A stretch of 64,000 nucleotides of DNA from an uncultured Nitrososphaerota archaeon (GCA_963799845.1 CAWCYI010000004.1:448001-512000), one strand, 5' to 3'. Numbered from the stretch's first letter, positions 19,301 to 31,336 are shown. Program-made: numbers and translations. The notes: a model not told the origin generated them from the sequence alone.

Positions 19301-19370
19301 ACTACTATTAATATGGTAGTAAATGGGGATTTGGAGAAATGCTTTAGTAGTTCTACTATAGCGATAGTAG
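19301..19370. promoter_or_regulatory. Two CTACTAT-N4-ATRGTAG inverted repeats in a divergent promoter
   Basis: ACTACTAT-TAAT-ATGGTAGT (19301-19320) and CTACTAT-AGCG-ATAGTAG (19353-19370). Confidence 0.65.
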
Positions 19371-19407
19371 TTGTCAAACACTCGTAGCGAAGTTTACAGT
19401 GGGAATA

Positions 19408-19826
19408 TGAGCGAAAACAGAAACGGCGACGAAGAATTCCGTCGGCTTCTCTGGTTTCTTTTGGGAGGGAGCAGAGGCGGAGAAAACAGAGTGCGGATCT
19501 TGAATGCGATAAGGACAAGACCGAATAACCTGAATCAACTTTCGAAGTTGCTCGGAATAGACTACCGATCGGTCCAGCACCACATGGGGGTGCTCCTCAA
19601 GAATTCGCTTGTAATTGGCTCGGGCGAAAAGTATGGGGTGGTGTTTTCTATCCATCCGTGGCTAGAATATCATAGCGCAACTTTTGAGCAGGTCTGTCAG
19701 AAGCTCGGATATCCAGTTAATGCACCCAACACGTCTCCATTGAAAGCTAGGAAGCACGCAAGTCGAAAAGTTGGTGCAACTGTCATGCGGCAAATTTTAC
19801 CGGCAAGTGACGGACTCCACCTATAG
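19408..19826 (+). CDS. ArsR-like winged-helix regulator
   Basis: RRLLWFLLGGSRGGENRVRIL...NLNQLSKLLGIDYRSVQHHMGVL. Confidence 0.8.
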
Positions 19827-20968
19827 CGACGTTCCTGATCGGAGTTCAGCTCATCATCCTTAACTTTCAGTTCGACCTTGGTGTATCTTTCCGCCAGCAG
19901 CTCGATTGCGACTCTTGATTCCAGCCGTGCGAGCGGAGCTCCGAGGCACATGTGGATTCCGTGTCCGAACGCGATGTGGGGGTTTGGTTTTCGCTCGATG
20001 TCAAAATTCCCTGGGTTGTTGAATTTCGAACCATCTCTATTTGCAGCGCCGATCCAGGCCATCAACGAATTCCCCGCTTTCACCTGCTTTCCCGATAATT
20101 CCGTGTCCTTAATCGCAATCCGGAACATGCCGCGAACCGGAGAGCTGAAACGAAGCACTTCTTCAACTGCACTCGGGATGAGGGACTGTTTCTCATTGAG
20201 CTTTTCGAGGGACCGATAGCGAGCGAAAAGGCGGATCGCGTTTCCCAGAAGATTTGTCGTTGTCTCGTTTCCCGCGATCAGAAGAAGGATGCAAAAGCTC
20301 ACGGCTTCGCTCTCTGTGAGGCGCTGTCCGTCGACTTCGGAAGTGACTATCGACGAGATCAGGTCGGAGCGAGGACTTTTCTTGCGTTGCTCTATTATTT
20401 TTGAAAAGTATCTCTCGAGTTCGATGTGGGTTCTCCTGCGAGCCTCGGGGCTTTCTTCAGAGGAGCCGATTTCGTTGTCGGACCATTTCTTGAACCGCCT
20501 GCGGTCTTCGCCGGGAATTCCCAACATCTCGGCGATCACAGTGACAGGTAGTGGATCGGAAAAGTCCGTTACAAAATCAGTCTTGGAGACATCCAAGCCG
20601 TTCAGTAATCCGGAAGCTATCTCACGGATTCTCGGCTCAAGCAGTGAAATCGACGCCGGAGTGAATGACTTTGAGACGATGTTCCTCAGCTTGGTGTGAA
20701 AAGGAGGGTCCGTCGTAAGCATGCTTCCCATGATGTTCGCCTCTTCGGAATCTCCCGACGAGGATAATCCGTCGTATCCGCCAAATTCGGAAGAGAATGT
20801 ACTAAACTGGGTCAGGACGCGTTCGACATTATTGTAGCTAAAGACGTTCCAAGTTCCGCTTCCGCGCTCCAAAAAGATCGGCATCGAGCGAAGCATGAAC
20901 TCGTACCAGGGAGACGCGTCAAGGAACCAATCATCAGTGCCAAATTTGGGAACCTCGGACTCTTGCAT
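19783..20968 (-). CDS. Cytochrome P450 (frameshift near C-terminus)
   Basis: TTDPPFH, LIAGNETTT, EEVLR, FGHGIHMCLG; the alternate frame gives the canonical end GVRHLPVKF*. Confidence 0.95.
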
Positions 20969-21049
20969 AGTTACTCTCGACTGCAAAGCTGCGTATATTG
21001 AAATCGCTTACTCGCCACGCTTAAGAAATACAAGTCCTACCAATAATCC

Positions 21050-21632
21050 ATGAGAACAATTGAATTTATTTTCGATTTTTCCAGTCCAAATTGTTACGTC
21101 GCGCTGGCGAAAATGGACGGATCAAGAAAAGGAAGGAAATTGAGGTCGTTTATTCTCCAATATTTCTAGGCGGACTACTCAAGTCAACAAACGACGCGCC
21201 TATCCCGCTTGGGACTCTCGAGTTCAATTACATGGAGAGAAATCTGCAACGGTTGTCGCGGAAATTGGGAATAGGGTTCCATTTTTCCCACGAACGGTTT
21301 CCTGTGAATTCGCTAAAATCAATACGTGGATATTACTCTGCGAAGAGTCTAGGCAAGGATCATGACTATCTTCATCGATTGTTTCGAGCATGCTGGGCGG
21401 ATAACCTCGACATTGCAGATGAGGCGACACTAAAGGTAATCGTCGAGTTACTTGAGCTTGATTATGATTTGTACGATGAGTTTACAAACAAAAATGATAC
21501 CAAGCAAAGACTTAGGGCGGATACTCAAAAAGCGTTCGAGCGAGGCGCGTTTGGGGCGCCGACGTTTTTCCTTGATGGCGACATGTACTTGGGAGCCCGG
21601 AAGTCCTCTGGTACCTAGAAACAACGCTCTAA
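21050..21632 (+). CDS. DsbA-family / HCCA isomerase (frameshifted)
   Basis: MRTIEFIFDFSSPNCY from ATG 21050; PIFLGGL; GAFGAPTFF. Confidence 0.8.
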
Positions 21633-21633
21633 A

Positions 21634-21990
21634 TTACTTTGGGGGCCGCAGCGACGAAGTGACGACAGCTGCAAGCCCGGATGCGAGAAACGCGATCAGT
21701 ATCGTAATCCCAAGGGGAGCCACGAATCCGCCCGGAAGTCCTATGATTGCTCCGACGAGAGACGCGTTTGCAATCCTGGTAGCTGTGTCAGACAAGAAGA
21801 TTGGAATTACCGCACCGAGGGCCCCAGACAGACCGAAGTAAGCCAGGTTCGACCACCTGCTCTTCAGGAGAAAGCCCAGAAGTGCAGAAGGAGCGAAGAC
21901 GTAGTACCATAGCCCCACGTAAGACAGCGCGAAACTTGCAACAAGGTCGATGACCACAAGAGCATAGAGTCTCTCGGTTATCCGCATCAT
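21634..21990 (-). CDS. Small multi-TM hypothetical protein
   Basis: Four hydrophobic segments; overlaps the penicillin acylase stop. Confidence 0.6.
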   Translation of the reverse strand: MMRITERLYALVVIDLVASFALSYVGLWYYVFAPSALLGFLLKSRWSNLAYFGLSGALGAVIPIFLSDTATRIANASLVGAIIGLPGGFVAPLGITILIAFLASGLAAVVTSSLRPPK

Positions 21991-24554
21991 GGCGAGGAAC
22001 TGCCTCCGGGATACAGATAGTAGAAGACGCTCGGAAGACTGCTAGGGATCAACGTGTAATAGATTCCATCATTCCAGTCAGAGACGGTGTTCGAGTAGTA
22101 TTGCGTTAGGGAATTTTCGCTGAGACCGCCAGGGTAAATCCCGAACGATGAAGTGATCGGCTGACTCATGTCCGTAACCTGCCGCCAGCTCGGCCCGGTT
22201 GTCGAGTTCAGGCCGTAAGCTGCGTTCGGTGTATTGTCGTCTCCTTCGGCCGACAAGATCGGCCCGTCAAGAGCACCAAGCCCGAACAGACTGGGATCGT
22301 ACCTCATGTGAATCTCTCCCCACGCCCACGTACTCTCGGAATAATTCCCCCGGATAGACGAGAGTTGGTCTAGCGCCTCCCCGAATGCCTGCACCATCAG
22401 TATCGTTGCGTTCCGCTTTTCTCCGTTGGACGGATTGTTGAACCACTGAATCGTGGGATAGTTTACGGTCCAATTGGCGAGATCCTCAATCAGGGGCCCC
22501 TGGTCGATAGAACTCGATCCCACAAAGAAGCTCGTCCCGTAGAGTCCTTCATCCAGCGTGATGTTATAGTAACTCATGTACGGAACGAAAGTGTCGTTGA
22601 TGTATGAGTTGAGCCAAAAGTAGTAGACTGTTGCCGCAGAGGAGTTGATGTCCATGTTGCCATTCCATGAGGAAAGCGCCTGAAACTCGGCTGTAGAGCT
22701 GTAATTTGAGCCCTCCAGCGCCGTAATTAAAGGCTTGAGAAACATGTTAGACGAATAATCGTGGTCAGATAACTGCAGCAGCTCCATCGTAGAGACGTTC
22801 GGGTGCGCTGTCGAATTCAATGTCGAATATATCTGATCCGCGCGGTATCCCGATTCATAGTCCCATCCGATGTAGTATGGATAACTGGGCGACACCTGGA
22901 TCTGGTTTGCAGAGAAAACGAAACCGTTGGAAGGATTGTAGAGATGAGGCTGGTCTGCGATTGGAATCGAGCCGACCCAGTCGAAGCTGCCATTTCCAGG
23001 AAGGATCCCTCTCGGATTTCCTCTCTCGATAATCGGATAGTAGCCGTAGGTGAAAATCCCGATATTTCCCTCGCGATCTGCAACCGCCCAGTTCTGGATT
23101 CCGACCTGGAAATTGGTTAGGGCGTTTTGCGCCGAGGAGACATTTTGTGCGTAATCAAGCGAAAGCACCGCGGCGATTTCGTTGGTCGGATAGAGGCCCG
23201 TCCAGTCCATCGCAATTGTCCCGTTCCAGCCCGGAATTATCACGCCGTTTGCCGCTCGCTCTATCGACAGAATAACGGTCCTCGATCCTGCGACGGAAAT
23301 AGATTCGTTCAAGATGTCAAACTTTGTCCATGAGCCGTCGTGCATGTACTCGCTAGTGTCGGACGGGTTCAGGGTCTCGTAGTAAAAGTAGGTTGCCTGG
23401 ACATAAGAATCAGTGGAGCCCCAGGCGATGTAGGAGTTGTGTCCTAGGACTACTCCCGGAGCTCCCGGAAAAGAGACTCCGACAACATTCTCCCCTGGCC
23501 CCACGAGCTGGAAGCCAAGCCAGATTGGCGGGACCGTTATTGAAAGATGCGGATCGTTTGCGAGCAACGCACCACCTCCAGTCAAGTTCGAGCTTACAGC
23601 CCAGTCGTTGCTGCCCTTGTCGATGAATGATGGCAGCGAGTAGCGGATTGAGTCCAGCTCCGATAGGAGTGGGGAGAGAATGAGGTTTGCCTCTCGATTG
23701 TTCGAGATTGGGGTAATTGCAAATTTCGTTGTCTGATCGGGGGAGACATTCAGGTTCGGGATCGTCGGGGAGTAGAGCGAGAGATTTTGGAGGTTGCCGG
23801 TCCCTTCGTAGATCGTCGCATTAAGAGATGACGGCTCGACTGGATGCTGGACCGACCCGGGGTATGCTGGATAGAACGCGTTTATGACGTTTTGCGGCAT
23901 TTTTTCCAATGCGAAGTTGAACGAGAGAGGGTCAAACGAGGAGCTGAGTTGCCAGGTTAGCAACTGCTGGACGATGTAGGTGTCCTCCATCCTCCACGGA
24001 GCAGGAGAATATTGCAGTAGCTCGAAGAGCAATGGTAGCGTAGTCTTTGTCAGCGATGAAATGTAAAAGTTGACACCCGCGGTGTACTCGCTAACTGCAG
24101 TGTAGGCGAGGCTGGTTTTTGAGAGATTACCCACGATCTCCTGAGCAACCGGGTACATCTCAAGAGTTCTGTAGAACTCGTCGCTTCCGAGTGATGAAGA
24201 CCCCAGTATCGCGGAAAGGTTTCCCTCGGCGAGCCGTCGAGTGAAATCCATCTGGGTCAATCTGAACTTTGCTGTCAAGTACCCCTGTTCGTAGTAAAGG
24301 GCCCACGTTTCGTTTGAAGCGATCCGGATGAATCCGTTTGGGTCGATATCCGTCGCAACGCCTGCGGTCGAGCCATTTTGCGAGACTGAAAAGGAATTCT
24401 GTCCCGTTTCAACCGAGTTTGAATTAGGCGCCCAGATTCCGATCTGAGGGTTCAGTAAATTCGAAAGCGCTGGCAGCGCGCCGAGCGGCAACGCAGTCGC
24501 GCCGAGCAAAATTGCAAGTATGGCAAAAGAGACGACGAATCGGCGCCTGTACAA
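21987..24554 (-). CDS. Penicillin acylase family (Ntn hydrolase), membrane-anchored/secreted
   Basis: RLTQMDFTRR, GSNDWAVS (catalytic Ser), LLANDPHL, FSANQ, YPGGLS. Confidence 0.92.
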   Translation of the reverse strand: MYRRRFVVSFAILAILLGATALPLGALPALSNLLNPQIGIWAPNSNSVETGQNSFSVSQNGSTAGVATDIDPNGFIRIASNETWALYYEQGYLTAKFRLTQMDFTRRLAEGNLSAILGSSSLGSDEFYRTLEMYPVAQEIVGNLSKTSLAYTAVSEYTAGVNFYISSLTKTTLPLLFELLQYSPAPWRMEDTYIVQQLLTWQLSSSFDPLSFNFALEKMPQNVINAFYPAYPGSVQHPVEPSSLNATIYEGTGNLQNLSLYSPTIPNLNVSPDQTTKFAITPISNNREANLILSPLLSELDSIRYSLPSFIDKGSNDWAVSSNLTGGGALLANDPHLSITVPPIWLGFQLVGPGENVVGVSFPGAPGVVLGHNSYIAWGSTDSYVQATYFYYETLNPSDTSEYMHDGSWTKFDILNESISVAGSRTVILSIERAANGVIIPGWNGTIAMDWTGLYPTNEIAAVLSLDYAQNVSSAQNALTNFQVGIQNWAVADREGNIGIFTYGYYPIIERGNPRGILPGNGSFDWVGSIPIADQPHLYNPSNGFVFSANQIQVSPSYPYYIGWDYESGYRADQIYSTLNSTAHPNVSTMELLQLSDHDYSSNMFLKPLITALEGSNYSSTAEFQALSSWNGNMDINSSAATVYYFWLNSYINDTFVPYMSYYNITLDEGLYGTSFFVGSSSIDQGPLIEDLANWTVNYPTIQWFNNPSNGEKRNATILMVQAFGEALDQLSSIRGNYSESTWAWGEIHMRYDPSLFGLGALDGPILSAEGDDNTPNAAYGLNSTTGPSWRQVTDMSQPITSSFGIYPGGLSENSLTQYYSNTVSDWNDGIYYTLIPSSLPSVFYYLYPGGSSSP

Positions 24555-24659
24555 TTTAGTCGGATGGACAGTTCAGTCGTTCATTATTTATTGGTTGAAT
24601 TCGAATGCTTCGAGAAAGCGAAATTTTAGATCGGGCAAATCCCAAGCTACGGCGTCTGG

Positions 24660-24790
24660 AATGCTTTCCTTCGTGGCGAATCGTTCCTCATCCCAGATGT
24701 CCTCCCTTTCGTTGTAACCATACATCTTCCAGTATCCGTCTTCGTAATCTGGCAGGAACTGAATTTCATTCAACCACTCTGCGCCCGGTT
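24660..24790 (-). pseudogene. Remnant of a sulfite-oxidase-like molybdopterin oxidoreductase C-terminus
   Basis: [36 protein letters not shown] with no upstream domain. Confidence 0.5.
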
Positions 24791-24882
24791 CCTAAATTGG
24801 TTGCCACAAAAGCGCGTGGGTCTCGATTGCTAGCGGTAAGGTTACGCACTCCGAGAAATGGCCTCGCGCCTAGAAAATAGAG

Positions 24883-25236
24883 TCAATAGGCGGCAAACGT
24901 TTCAAGTTTTTTCAACTTTTTCGCAACCGGATCGATCTCGAAGCCAAGTCCTTCGAGTAAATAGACTCCCAGAACATAGGCATCGCCTCGCTCTGCGAAT
25001 ACAACTATCGAAGTGGCTCTCTCGCTGCCAACTTCTAACTCGGCTTCCCCGACACTTCTTGAGATCTCTCTGCCCTCTATCGTCTTGAACCTCCTTTTCT
25101 CAACTCTGGGTTCTATACCTAGTCGAACGAGCGAATCACTATCTATCCAAGTATATACCGATCCAGTATCCACTAGAAGATTGAAGGTCTCAGCCTTTCC
25201 ATCTCTGCCGTGAACCCGAACTTCTGCGAATGTCAA
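24883..25236 (-). CDS. Clan AA (retropepsin-like) aspartyl protease
   Basis: LLVDTGS, VLGVYLLEGLGFEIDP. Confidence 0.85.
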   Translation of the reverse strand: MTFAEVRVHGRDGKAETFNLLVDTGSVYTWIDSDSLVRLGIEPRVEKRRFKTIEGREISRSVGEAELEVGSERATSIVVFAERGDAYVLGVYLLEGLGFEIDPVAKKLKKLETFAAY

Positions 25237-25313
25237 ACGGGCTCAAAGAGAGATCTCGATACCGCGTTTAATAACTTGAATCATTAAAGGATAAAATCAT
25301 ATCAGGGAAACAA

Positions 25314-26793
25314 ATGCCAGCCAGCGAAAAAACTCAAGGGGATGAACCGAAAATCCTGGATATTCCAATCGGCATCATTGCCACAGGGATGCGAAAGGAA
25401 ACGGACTCACTTGGAGAAATCGAAGTCCCGGCAGATCATTACTGGGGCGCACAAACTCAGAGGTCTTTGATTCATTTTCCGATTGGAAACGACCGGATGC
25501 CAAAGGAAGTTTACCACGCATACGGCTACGTGAAAAAAGCTGCGGCGCTGGTCAACACTGCTGAGGGACTATTGCCGAAGTGGAAAGCAGATCTGATAGC
25601 CAAAGTCGCGGACGAGGTCATCTCAGGCAAACTGGACAGCGAGTTTCCACTTTATGTCTGGCAGACCGGTTCCGGTACCCAGTCTAACATGAACGTGAAC
25701 GAGGTGATAAGCAACCGGGCGATCCAGCTTGTTGGAGGAAAACTGGGCAGCAAGAAACCGATCCATCCTAACGACGACGTCAACATGAGTCAGTCCTCGA
25801 ATGACACGTTTCCTACGGCGATGCACATTGCGACTGTCTATGAATTTACTGATCGCCTAATTCCTGCTGTCACCGTGTTCAGGTCTGTCGTTCTAGCGAA
25901 AGCGCGCGAGTGGGTTGATATCGTGAAGATAGGCCGTACCCATTTGCAGGATGCGACCCCGTTGACTCTGGGTCAGGAGTGGTCCGGATATGCTTCACAG
26001 CTCGAAGATTCTTTGGTCTTGTTGAGGCAGGCTCTTCAGGGCCTTTACCGTCTTGCGATGGGTGGGACCGCCGTAGGGACGGGTATCAACTCACCTGAAG
26101 ATTTTGGCGAAAGATCCGCTGTCGAAATTTCTCGTCTCACCGGACATCCTTTCGTGACCGCCCAAAACAAGTTCGCCGCGATTGCCTCTCTCGACGCGAT
26201 GCTCGTTGCGAGTTCGACTTTGAAGAGCCTCGCGATCGTCATGATGAAAATGGCGAACGACCTTCGATGGCTGGGATCGGGACCGAGGGCGGGAATTCAT
26301 GAACTAATCCTGCCTGACAACGAACCGGGAAGCTCGATAATGCCGGGAAAAGTCAACCCGACACAGGAAGAAGCTTATGATCATGGTGTGCATACAGGTC
26401 ATCGGTGAGGACAATGCCGTTTCGTTCGCTGCATCTCAGGGAAACTTTGAGCTGAACACCATGCGGCCCATAATAATCAACAACGTGCTGCATAGCGCAA
26501 GAATTCTCGGGGACGCCATGACCAAGCTTCGAGAGTTCAGCATCGAGCGAATCGAACTCGATCGCGTAAGGATCGACAGGTACGTTCGAGAGTCGTTGAT
26601 GCTAGTTACGGCGTTGAGTCCGGTCATCGGGTACGACAAGGCTTCAGCTATATCCCATCGTGCGATGGTGGAAAATTTGACTCTTCGGGAAGCCGCTCTG
26701 AAGAGCGGTTACATTGGCGCTGAGGAATTCGATCGAATCGTTGATCCCCGGAAGATGGTGGGGAATCCTCACCGCGATGTTGGAATCAATTAG
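25314..26793 (+). CDS. fumC: Class II fumarate hydratase (frameshift near 26375)
   Basis: [33 protein letters not shown]; second frame [15 protein letters not shown]. Confidence 0.95.
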
Positions 26794-26852
26794 TCTGCCT
26801 GAGACTTTCGTTGTGGGAAATCAATTAAAGCAGGGCTCTAGTTCAAACCCCC

Positions 26853-27173
26853 ATGCCAAAGTATCTGTTCTCAGTAAATTACACAGCAGATGGTATGAAA
26901 GGGGTCGCTAAAGAAGGAGGATCAAAACGTCGTGAAGCTGCGGATCAGGCCGTAAAGAGTGTAGGAGGAAAGATTGAGGCTTTCTACTACGCTTTTGGTG
27001 ATCACGATGTCTACATCATCGCCGAGTTACCAGACCATGCGAGTACGGCGGCGCTTGTTGCAACTGTAAACTCAAGCGGCACTACCATGATCAAGACTAC
27101 TCCCCTCCTCACTGTGGAAGAGATTGATCAAGCCGCCAAAAAGATGACGCAGTACCGACCTCCGGGCAGGTAA
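26853..27173 (+). CDS. GYD-domain protein
   Basis: MPKYLFSVNYT..G, YYAFGDHD, YRPPG. Confidence 0.85.
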   Translation: MPKYLFSVNYTADGMKGVAKEGGSKRREAADQAVKSVGGKIEAFYYAFGDHDVYIIAELPDHASTAALVATVNSSGTTMIKTTPLLTVEEIDQAAKKMTQYRPPGR

Positions 27174-27293
27174 GCACAACATCTCCTTCTGGGTACGTCG
27201 CCCAAAGCTCTCAATTGAGAGCTAATAACAAACCAGAGGCCTCCTATTCATAAATAGTAATCCAGTTACGGGAGAACGTAGGTAAGCGACGAT

Positions 27294-27509
27294 ATGGCAA
27301 CTTGTCAATCTAGCGAGGGCTGCACAAACAGAGCGACGCACTGGGTATTGATAGAGTACAGCTGGCCCATATTGCCGAAGGAGATGCGAACGTATTTGCT
27401 ATGCAAAGAGCACTTGGCGCATGCTCAGAGAGCTGCAACGACCCAGATGTCAAAATATCCGGAAACTGGCATCAGAATAGTAGAGCACGGGGCACTAGCG
27501 ATCAACTGA
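27294..27509 (+). CDS. Small putative zinc-binding protein
   Basis: C-x5-C...C-x2-H; TATA-like ATAAATA upstream. Confidence 0.45.
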   Translation: MATCQSSEGCTNRATHWVLIEYSWPILPKEMRTYLLCKEHLAHAQRAATTQMSKYPETGIRIVEHGALAIN

Positions 27510-27757
27510 ATTGGGCAACTCTCCAATCCTAAATAGTTGAATGCAGCCCAACCACACACCTAATAATCGCGGAACTCGTTATTTTCCTGCGCATTGAACT
27601 CTGATTATTCGAACGAAGTAGCCTGCTCGTCATTAGACAATCGGCAATAAGACCGGCTACCTTAGTTTTCATCTATCCGCTACAAGCGAATAGATTTTTG
27701 CCGCGGAGCTTTATTTGCGAACAATCTCGAGCGAGATTCAGGGCTTCTGCGAGATGT

Positions 27758-29419
27758 CTAGTCGCCCATGCCGCCGTAGCCGCCCATTCCACCTGGTGGA
27801 GGGCCGGCCGGGCCTTTTGACTTGCCTGAAGACAGGACATCGTCCACGCGCAGTATCATGCTGGAAGCTTCGGTTGCTGCCCTAATTATCTCCTCTTTCA
27901 CTGCGAGTGGTTCAACGACTTCATCCATCATGTCTGCCACCTTTCCCGAGCGCGCATTGATGCCGAACCAAATCTTGCCCTGAGCGTGCTTTGCTCTTAG
28001 CTCGACTTGGACGTCGATTGTCTCCATCCCTGCGTTCTCCGCAAGCGTCAGGGGGATCGATTCGAGAGCATCGGCGTACTTCAACACAGCCAGTTGTTCC
28101 CTTCCTGGAAGCTTCGTAGCATAATCTCTCAACCTCGATGCGACTTCGGCTTCCGGAGCTCCTCCACCGGCAACAATCGCGGGTTCTTCCAAAACATCCT
28201 TCACGACCATGACCGCGTCGTGGAGACTTCTTTCTGCCTCATCCACGACTCGTTGCGATCCGCCGCGGACGAGTATCGTCACTGCTTTGGGGTTCTTGCA
28301 TCCTTCGATGAATACCCACTTGTCATTTTCCACTTTTCTCTCCTCCACGAGCTTCGCGAATCCTAGGTCCTTCACGGACAGATCATCAAGATTTGTTACA
28401 GTTCTCGCACCGGTAGCTTTCGCAAGGCGGGTCATGTCGCTCTCTTTGGCTCTTCTGACCGTCAGTATCCCCTTCTTTGCGAGCAAACTCTGAGCGATAT
28501 CGTCAATCCCCTTCTGGCAGATGAGGACGTTAGCACCCGAGGATTCTATCTTTTCAACCATCGATTCGAGCATTGTATTTTCTTCGTCAAGAAAGCCCTG
28601 CATCTGTTTGGGCGTGTTGATTCTGATCTCGGCCGAGAATTCCGTCTTTTCAATTTCGAGCGGCGAAAGAATCAGGGCGATCTTCGCATTCTCAATCCTC
28701 TTCGGCATGCCAGGGTGGACTACTTCCTTGTCCAGGATGATGCCCTTGATCAATCTCGTATCGCTGGACGAACCGCCGGCCTTCTTCTCTACTTTGATAT
28801 TGTCAATGTCAACCTTGTAAGTGCCGTCGTCATTTTTCTCAGCAACCAGCAGCATTCCATCGACCACGACGGAAGCGAGCTCCTTACCGATGTCGGAGAC
28901 CAGTTTTGTCTGCATGCTAGTTTCTGCTATCCGCTCGAGAGTTTTCCTGTCATCTGGCTGTACTTTCACGGCTATCTCCTTCAGGATTTCAAGCGCTTTT
29001 TCTTCAGCTTTAGAATAACCGTCAACGATAACCGTCGGGTGGACGTCCTTCTTGATCAGTTCTTCCGCGTTTTCAAGCAGTGCACCTGCGAGTACTACCG
29101 CGGAGGTGGTACCGTCCCCAACTTCACTGTCGGTTGTCTTTGAGATTTCGACCAGCATTTTCGCGGCCGGATGCTGCACGTCAATCTCTTTGAGAATCGT
29201 TGCCCCGTCATTTGTGATCGTGACGTCGCCCAAACTGTCAACGAGCATCTTGTCCATGCCTCTTGGACCAAGGCTCGACTTTACAATCTCGGCGATCAAC
29301 TTCGCCGCGAAGATGTTGTTGGTCTGGGCGTCTCGACCCTTTGTTTGAGACGAACCCTCCTTCAAAATTAAGACCTGTTGACCTGAAGACGTAGTAGCTG
29401 GAGTAAGAGTTGCAGACAT
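27758..29419 (-). CDS. ths: Thermosome (group II chaperonin) subunit
   Basis: [28 protein letters not shown]-rich tail. Confidence 0.97.
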   Translation of the reverse strand: MSATLTPATTSSGQQVLILKEGSSQTKGRDAQTNNIFAAKLIAEIVKSSLGPRGMDKMLVDSLGDVTITNDGATILKEIDVQHPAAKMLVEISKTTDSEVGDGTTSAVVLAGALLENAEELIKKDVHPTVIVDGYSKAEEKALEILKEIAVKVQPDDRKTLERIAETSMQTKLVSDIGKELASVVVDGMLLVAEKNDDGTYKVDIDNIKVEKKAGGSSSDTRLIKGIILDKEVVHPGMPKRIENAKIALILSPLEIEKTEFSAEIRINTPKQMQGFLDEENTMLESMVEKIESSGANVLICQKGIDDIAQSLLAKKGILTVRRAKESDMTRLAKATGARTVTNLDDLSVKDLGFAKLVEERKVENDKWVFIEGCKNPKAVTILVRGGSQRVVDEAERSLHDAVMVVKDVLEEPAIVAGGGAPEAEVASRLRDYATKLPGREQLAVLKYADALESIPLTLAENAGMETIDVQVELRAKHAQGKIWFGINARSGKVADMMDEVVEPLAVKEEIIRAATEASSMILRVDDVLSSGKSKGPAGPPPGGMGGYGGMGD

Positions 29420-29534
29420 TTGATAACACTGTACAACAGAGCCGCCGGCTTAAAAAGCGAACTACAGGACGGAGCTTTTTGGACTGGTAATTCGGTCGGA
29501 AGACTCACTGGAAAGTCATCCCGCTGTCATTTCT

Positions 29535-29813
29535 TCAATAATTTCTTCCGGTAAGCTGATTTCTAGATTGTCTACCTCTTTTGTCTCTCTTTGTCATTTC
29601 TTCAAGGTAGGCGACTCCTTGCGGCGTTATTTCGTATTTCTCGTTTTGCAGATTGAGGTATTGGTCTGTAACCATGGCGTCAAGAGTTTCGGCACATCTC
29701 TTACGTGACATCTTCGTAATCGACGTTATCTTGTTCCTAGTCAGTCCATTACGAATGGTCAAGATTTTCAGTATCTTCTTTTCGTGGACAGTTTGCGAGG
29801 TCTTCGTCCTCAT
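29535..29813 (-). CDS. Winged-helix DNA-binding protein
   Basis: Basic, HTH-like; YEITPQGVAYL wing. Confidence 0.6.
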   Translation of the reverse strand: MRTKTSQTVHEKKILKILTIRNGLTRNKITSITKMSRKRCAETLDAMVTDQYLNLQNEKYEITPQGVAYLEEMTKRDKRGRQSRNQLTGRNY

Positions 29814-29922
29814 CTGTTAAGCACCCAATTTGAGCAGCTCGAAAATTATCAAGTCACGGTTTTGTAGTGATATATCGATTACTCGAACGAACGGCTGGCT
29901 GAAAACGTGGGGCGTCTAGAAT

Positions 29923-30111
29923 TCAACTCGTGTTCGAGATCAAGGCTTTCCATGTCACAAAGTGTTTGCAATTGGAGCAGGGCGTGGAATATCCCGGACT
30001 TGGATTTTCCGCAAGAGGTTCTTTCGCGACCTGGACTAGCCTAGAGAAAGCCGTTTTGCAGATGCACGAGCATGTTCGTTCCTGCTTCTCGATGTCACAG
30101 TGCTTGCACAA
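29923..30111 (-). CDS. Small Cys-rich protein
   Basis: CKHC, CSCIC, CSNCKH. Confidence 0.4.
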   Translation of the reverse strand: MCKHCDIEKQERTCSCICKTAFSRLVQVAKEPLAENPSPGYSTPCSNCKHFVTWKALISNTS

Positions 30112-30275
30112 TTATGATAACACCGTCAGCATGAATATTCTCAGAGCTGATATTTACAGCCCTAACACGATTCTCAATAATGATACTGAAGGAGAAAATC
30201 AAGTGCTCGAATATTTGTATCTAGATGAACTCCCGTCAAAACAAATTAAACACTCTCCTAATGAAGAGGGATTGC

Positions 30276-31291
30276 ATGCTGTTTCGCAATCTTGGAAGAA
30301 ATTGTGGATTGAAAGTCTCTCCTATCTGTCTGGGTACGCAATATTTTGGGACTTCAATCGAAGAGCCAGAAGCAATAAAGATTTTCAATCATGCAATCAA
30401 TTCCGGCATCAATTTTGTCGATACTGCAGATATCTACGGTGGCGGTGAGTCAGAAATCGTCGTCGGGAAGGCGATCCAAGGAAGACGCGAAGACATTGTT
30501 CTTGCCACCAAAGTTTTTGATCGACGGGTGACGGGCCGAACGATGGAGGCCTCAGTAGGTATCACATCCTAGGCGGATTAGAAAAGAGCCTGGAGCGCCT
30601 GAAGACCGATTACATCGATATTTACCTGCTTCACGACCCTGACTATCTTACGCCGATCGAGGAAACTCTTCGCACGCTGGATATGTGCGTGAAGGACGGA
30701 AAGATTCGATACATCGGTTGCTGCAATTTTTATTCATGGCTTCTCATGGAGGCGTTGGCGAAAAGCGAGGGGTTGAATCTCGAAAAGTTCGTCTGCACCC
30801 AGCCATTGTACAACATCGTCAACAGGGACATCGAGGTGGAACTCCTGCCTCTATGTGAGAAATATGGAATCGGAGTTACATGCTACAGTCCGCTGGCTCG
30901 CGGTGTCCTCGCGGCAAAGTATCATTCTGGAGAGGAACCGCCCCCGGACTCGAGAGCAGGCAAGGGGAATAAAAGACTCTTTGAGACAGAATGGCGCGAA
31001 GAAAGTTTTCGAGTCGCCGACAAGCTCAAGGAGATCGCCAGTTCGCATGGAAGTACGGTCACTCAATTTGCTCTCGGATGGGTTCTCGCAAATCCTTCGA
31101 TTACTTCTGCGATAATTGGGCCAAGAAATTTAGAGCAGTTGAAGGACAACCTGGGGGCTCTGGATTTGACGATTACTCGGGAGGACGAAAAACTGGTCAA
31201 CGAACTCGTTACACCAGGAGAGCACACCGACAGAGAATTCAACAATCCAGATTATCCGGTGAGGGGCCGGCCGATCGTTAAAGAAAAATAG
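30276..31291 (+). CDS. Aldo/keto reductase (frameshift near 30530)
   Basis: GLKVSPICLGT, DTADIYG, LATK, GKIRYIG, YSPLARG. Confidence 0.92.
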
Positions 31292-31336
31292 AAAAGACCG
31301 CCGTTTGACGACGTTCCATTCTCAGGTTGGAATGAG

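Noticed and set aside
6444-24554. Antibiotic-resistance island (BlaI/BlaR, Vgb, GNAT, acylase)
   Set aside because: Family names only; genes are dispersed, lack a beta-lactam sensor and have broad functions
25314-26793. Programmed frameshifting in fumC and others
   Set aside because: No slippery heptamer with downstream structure; breaks affect unrelated genes
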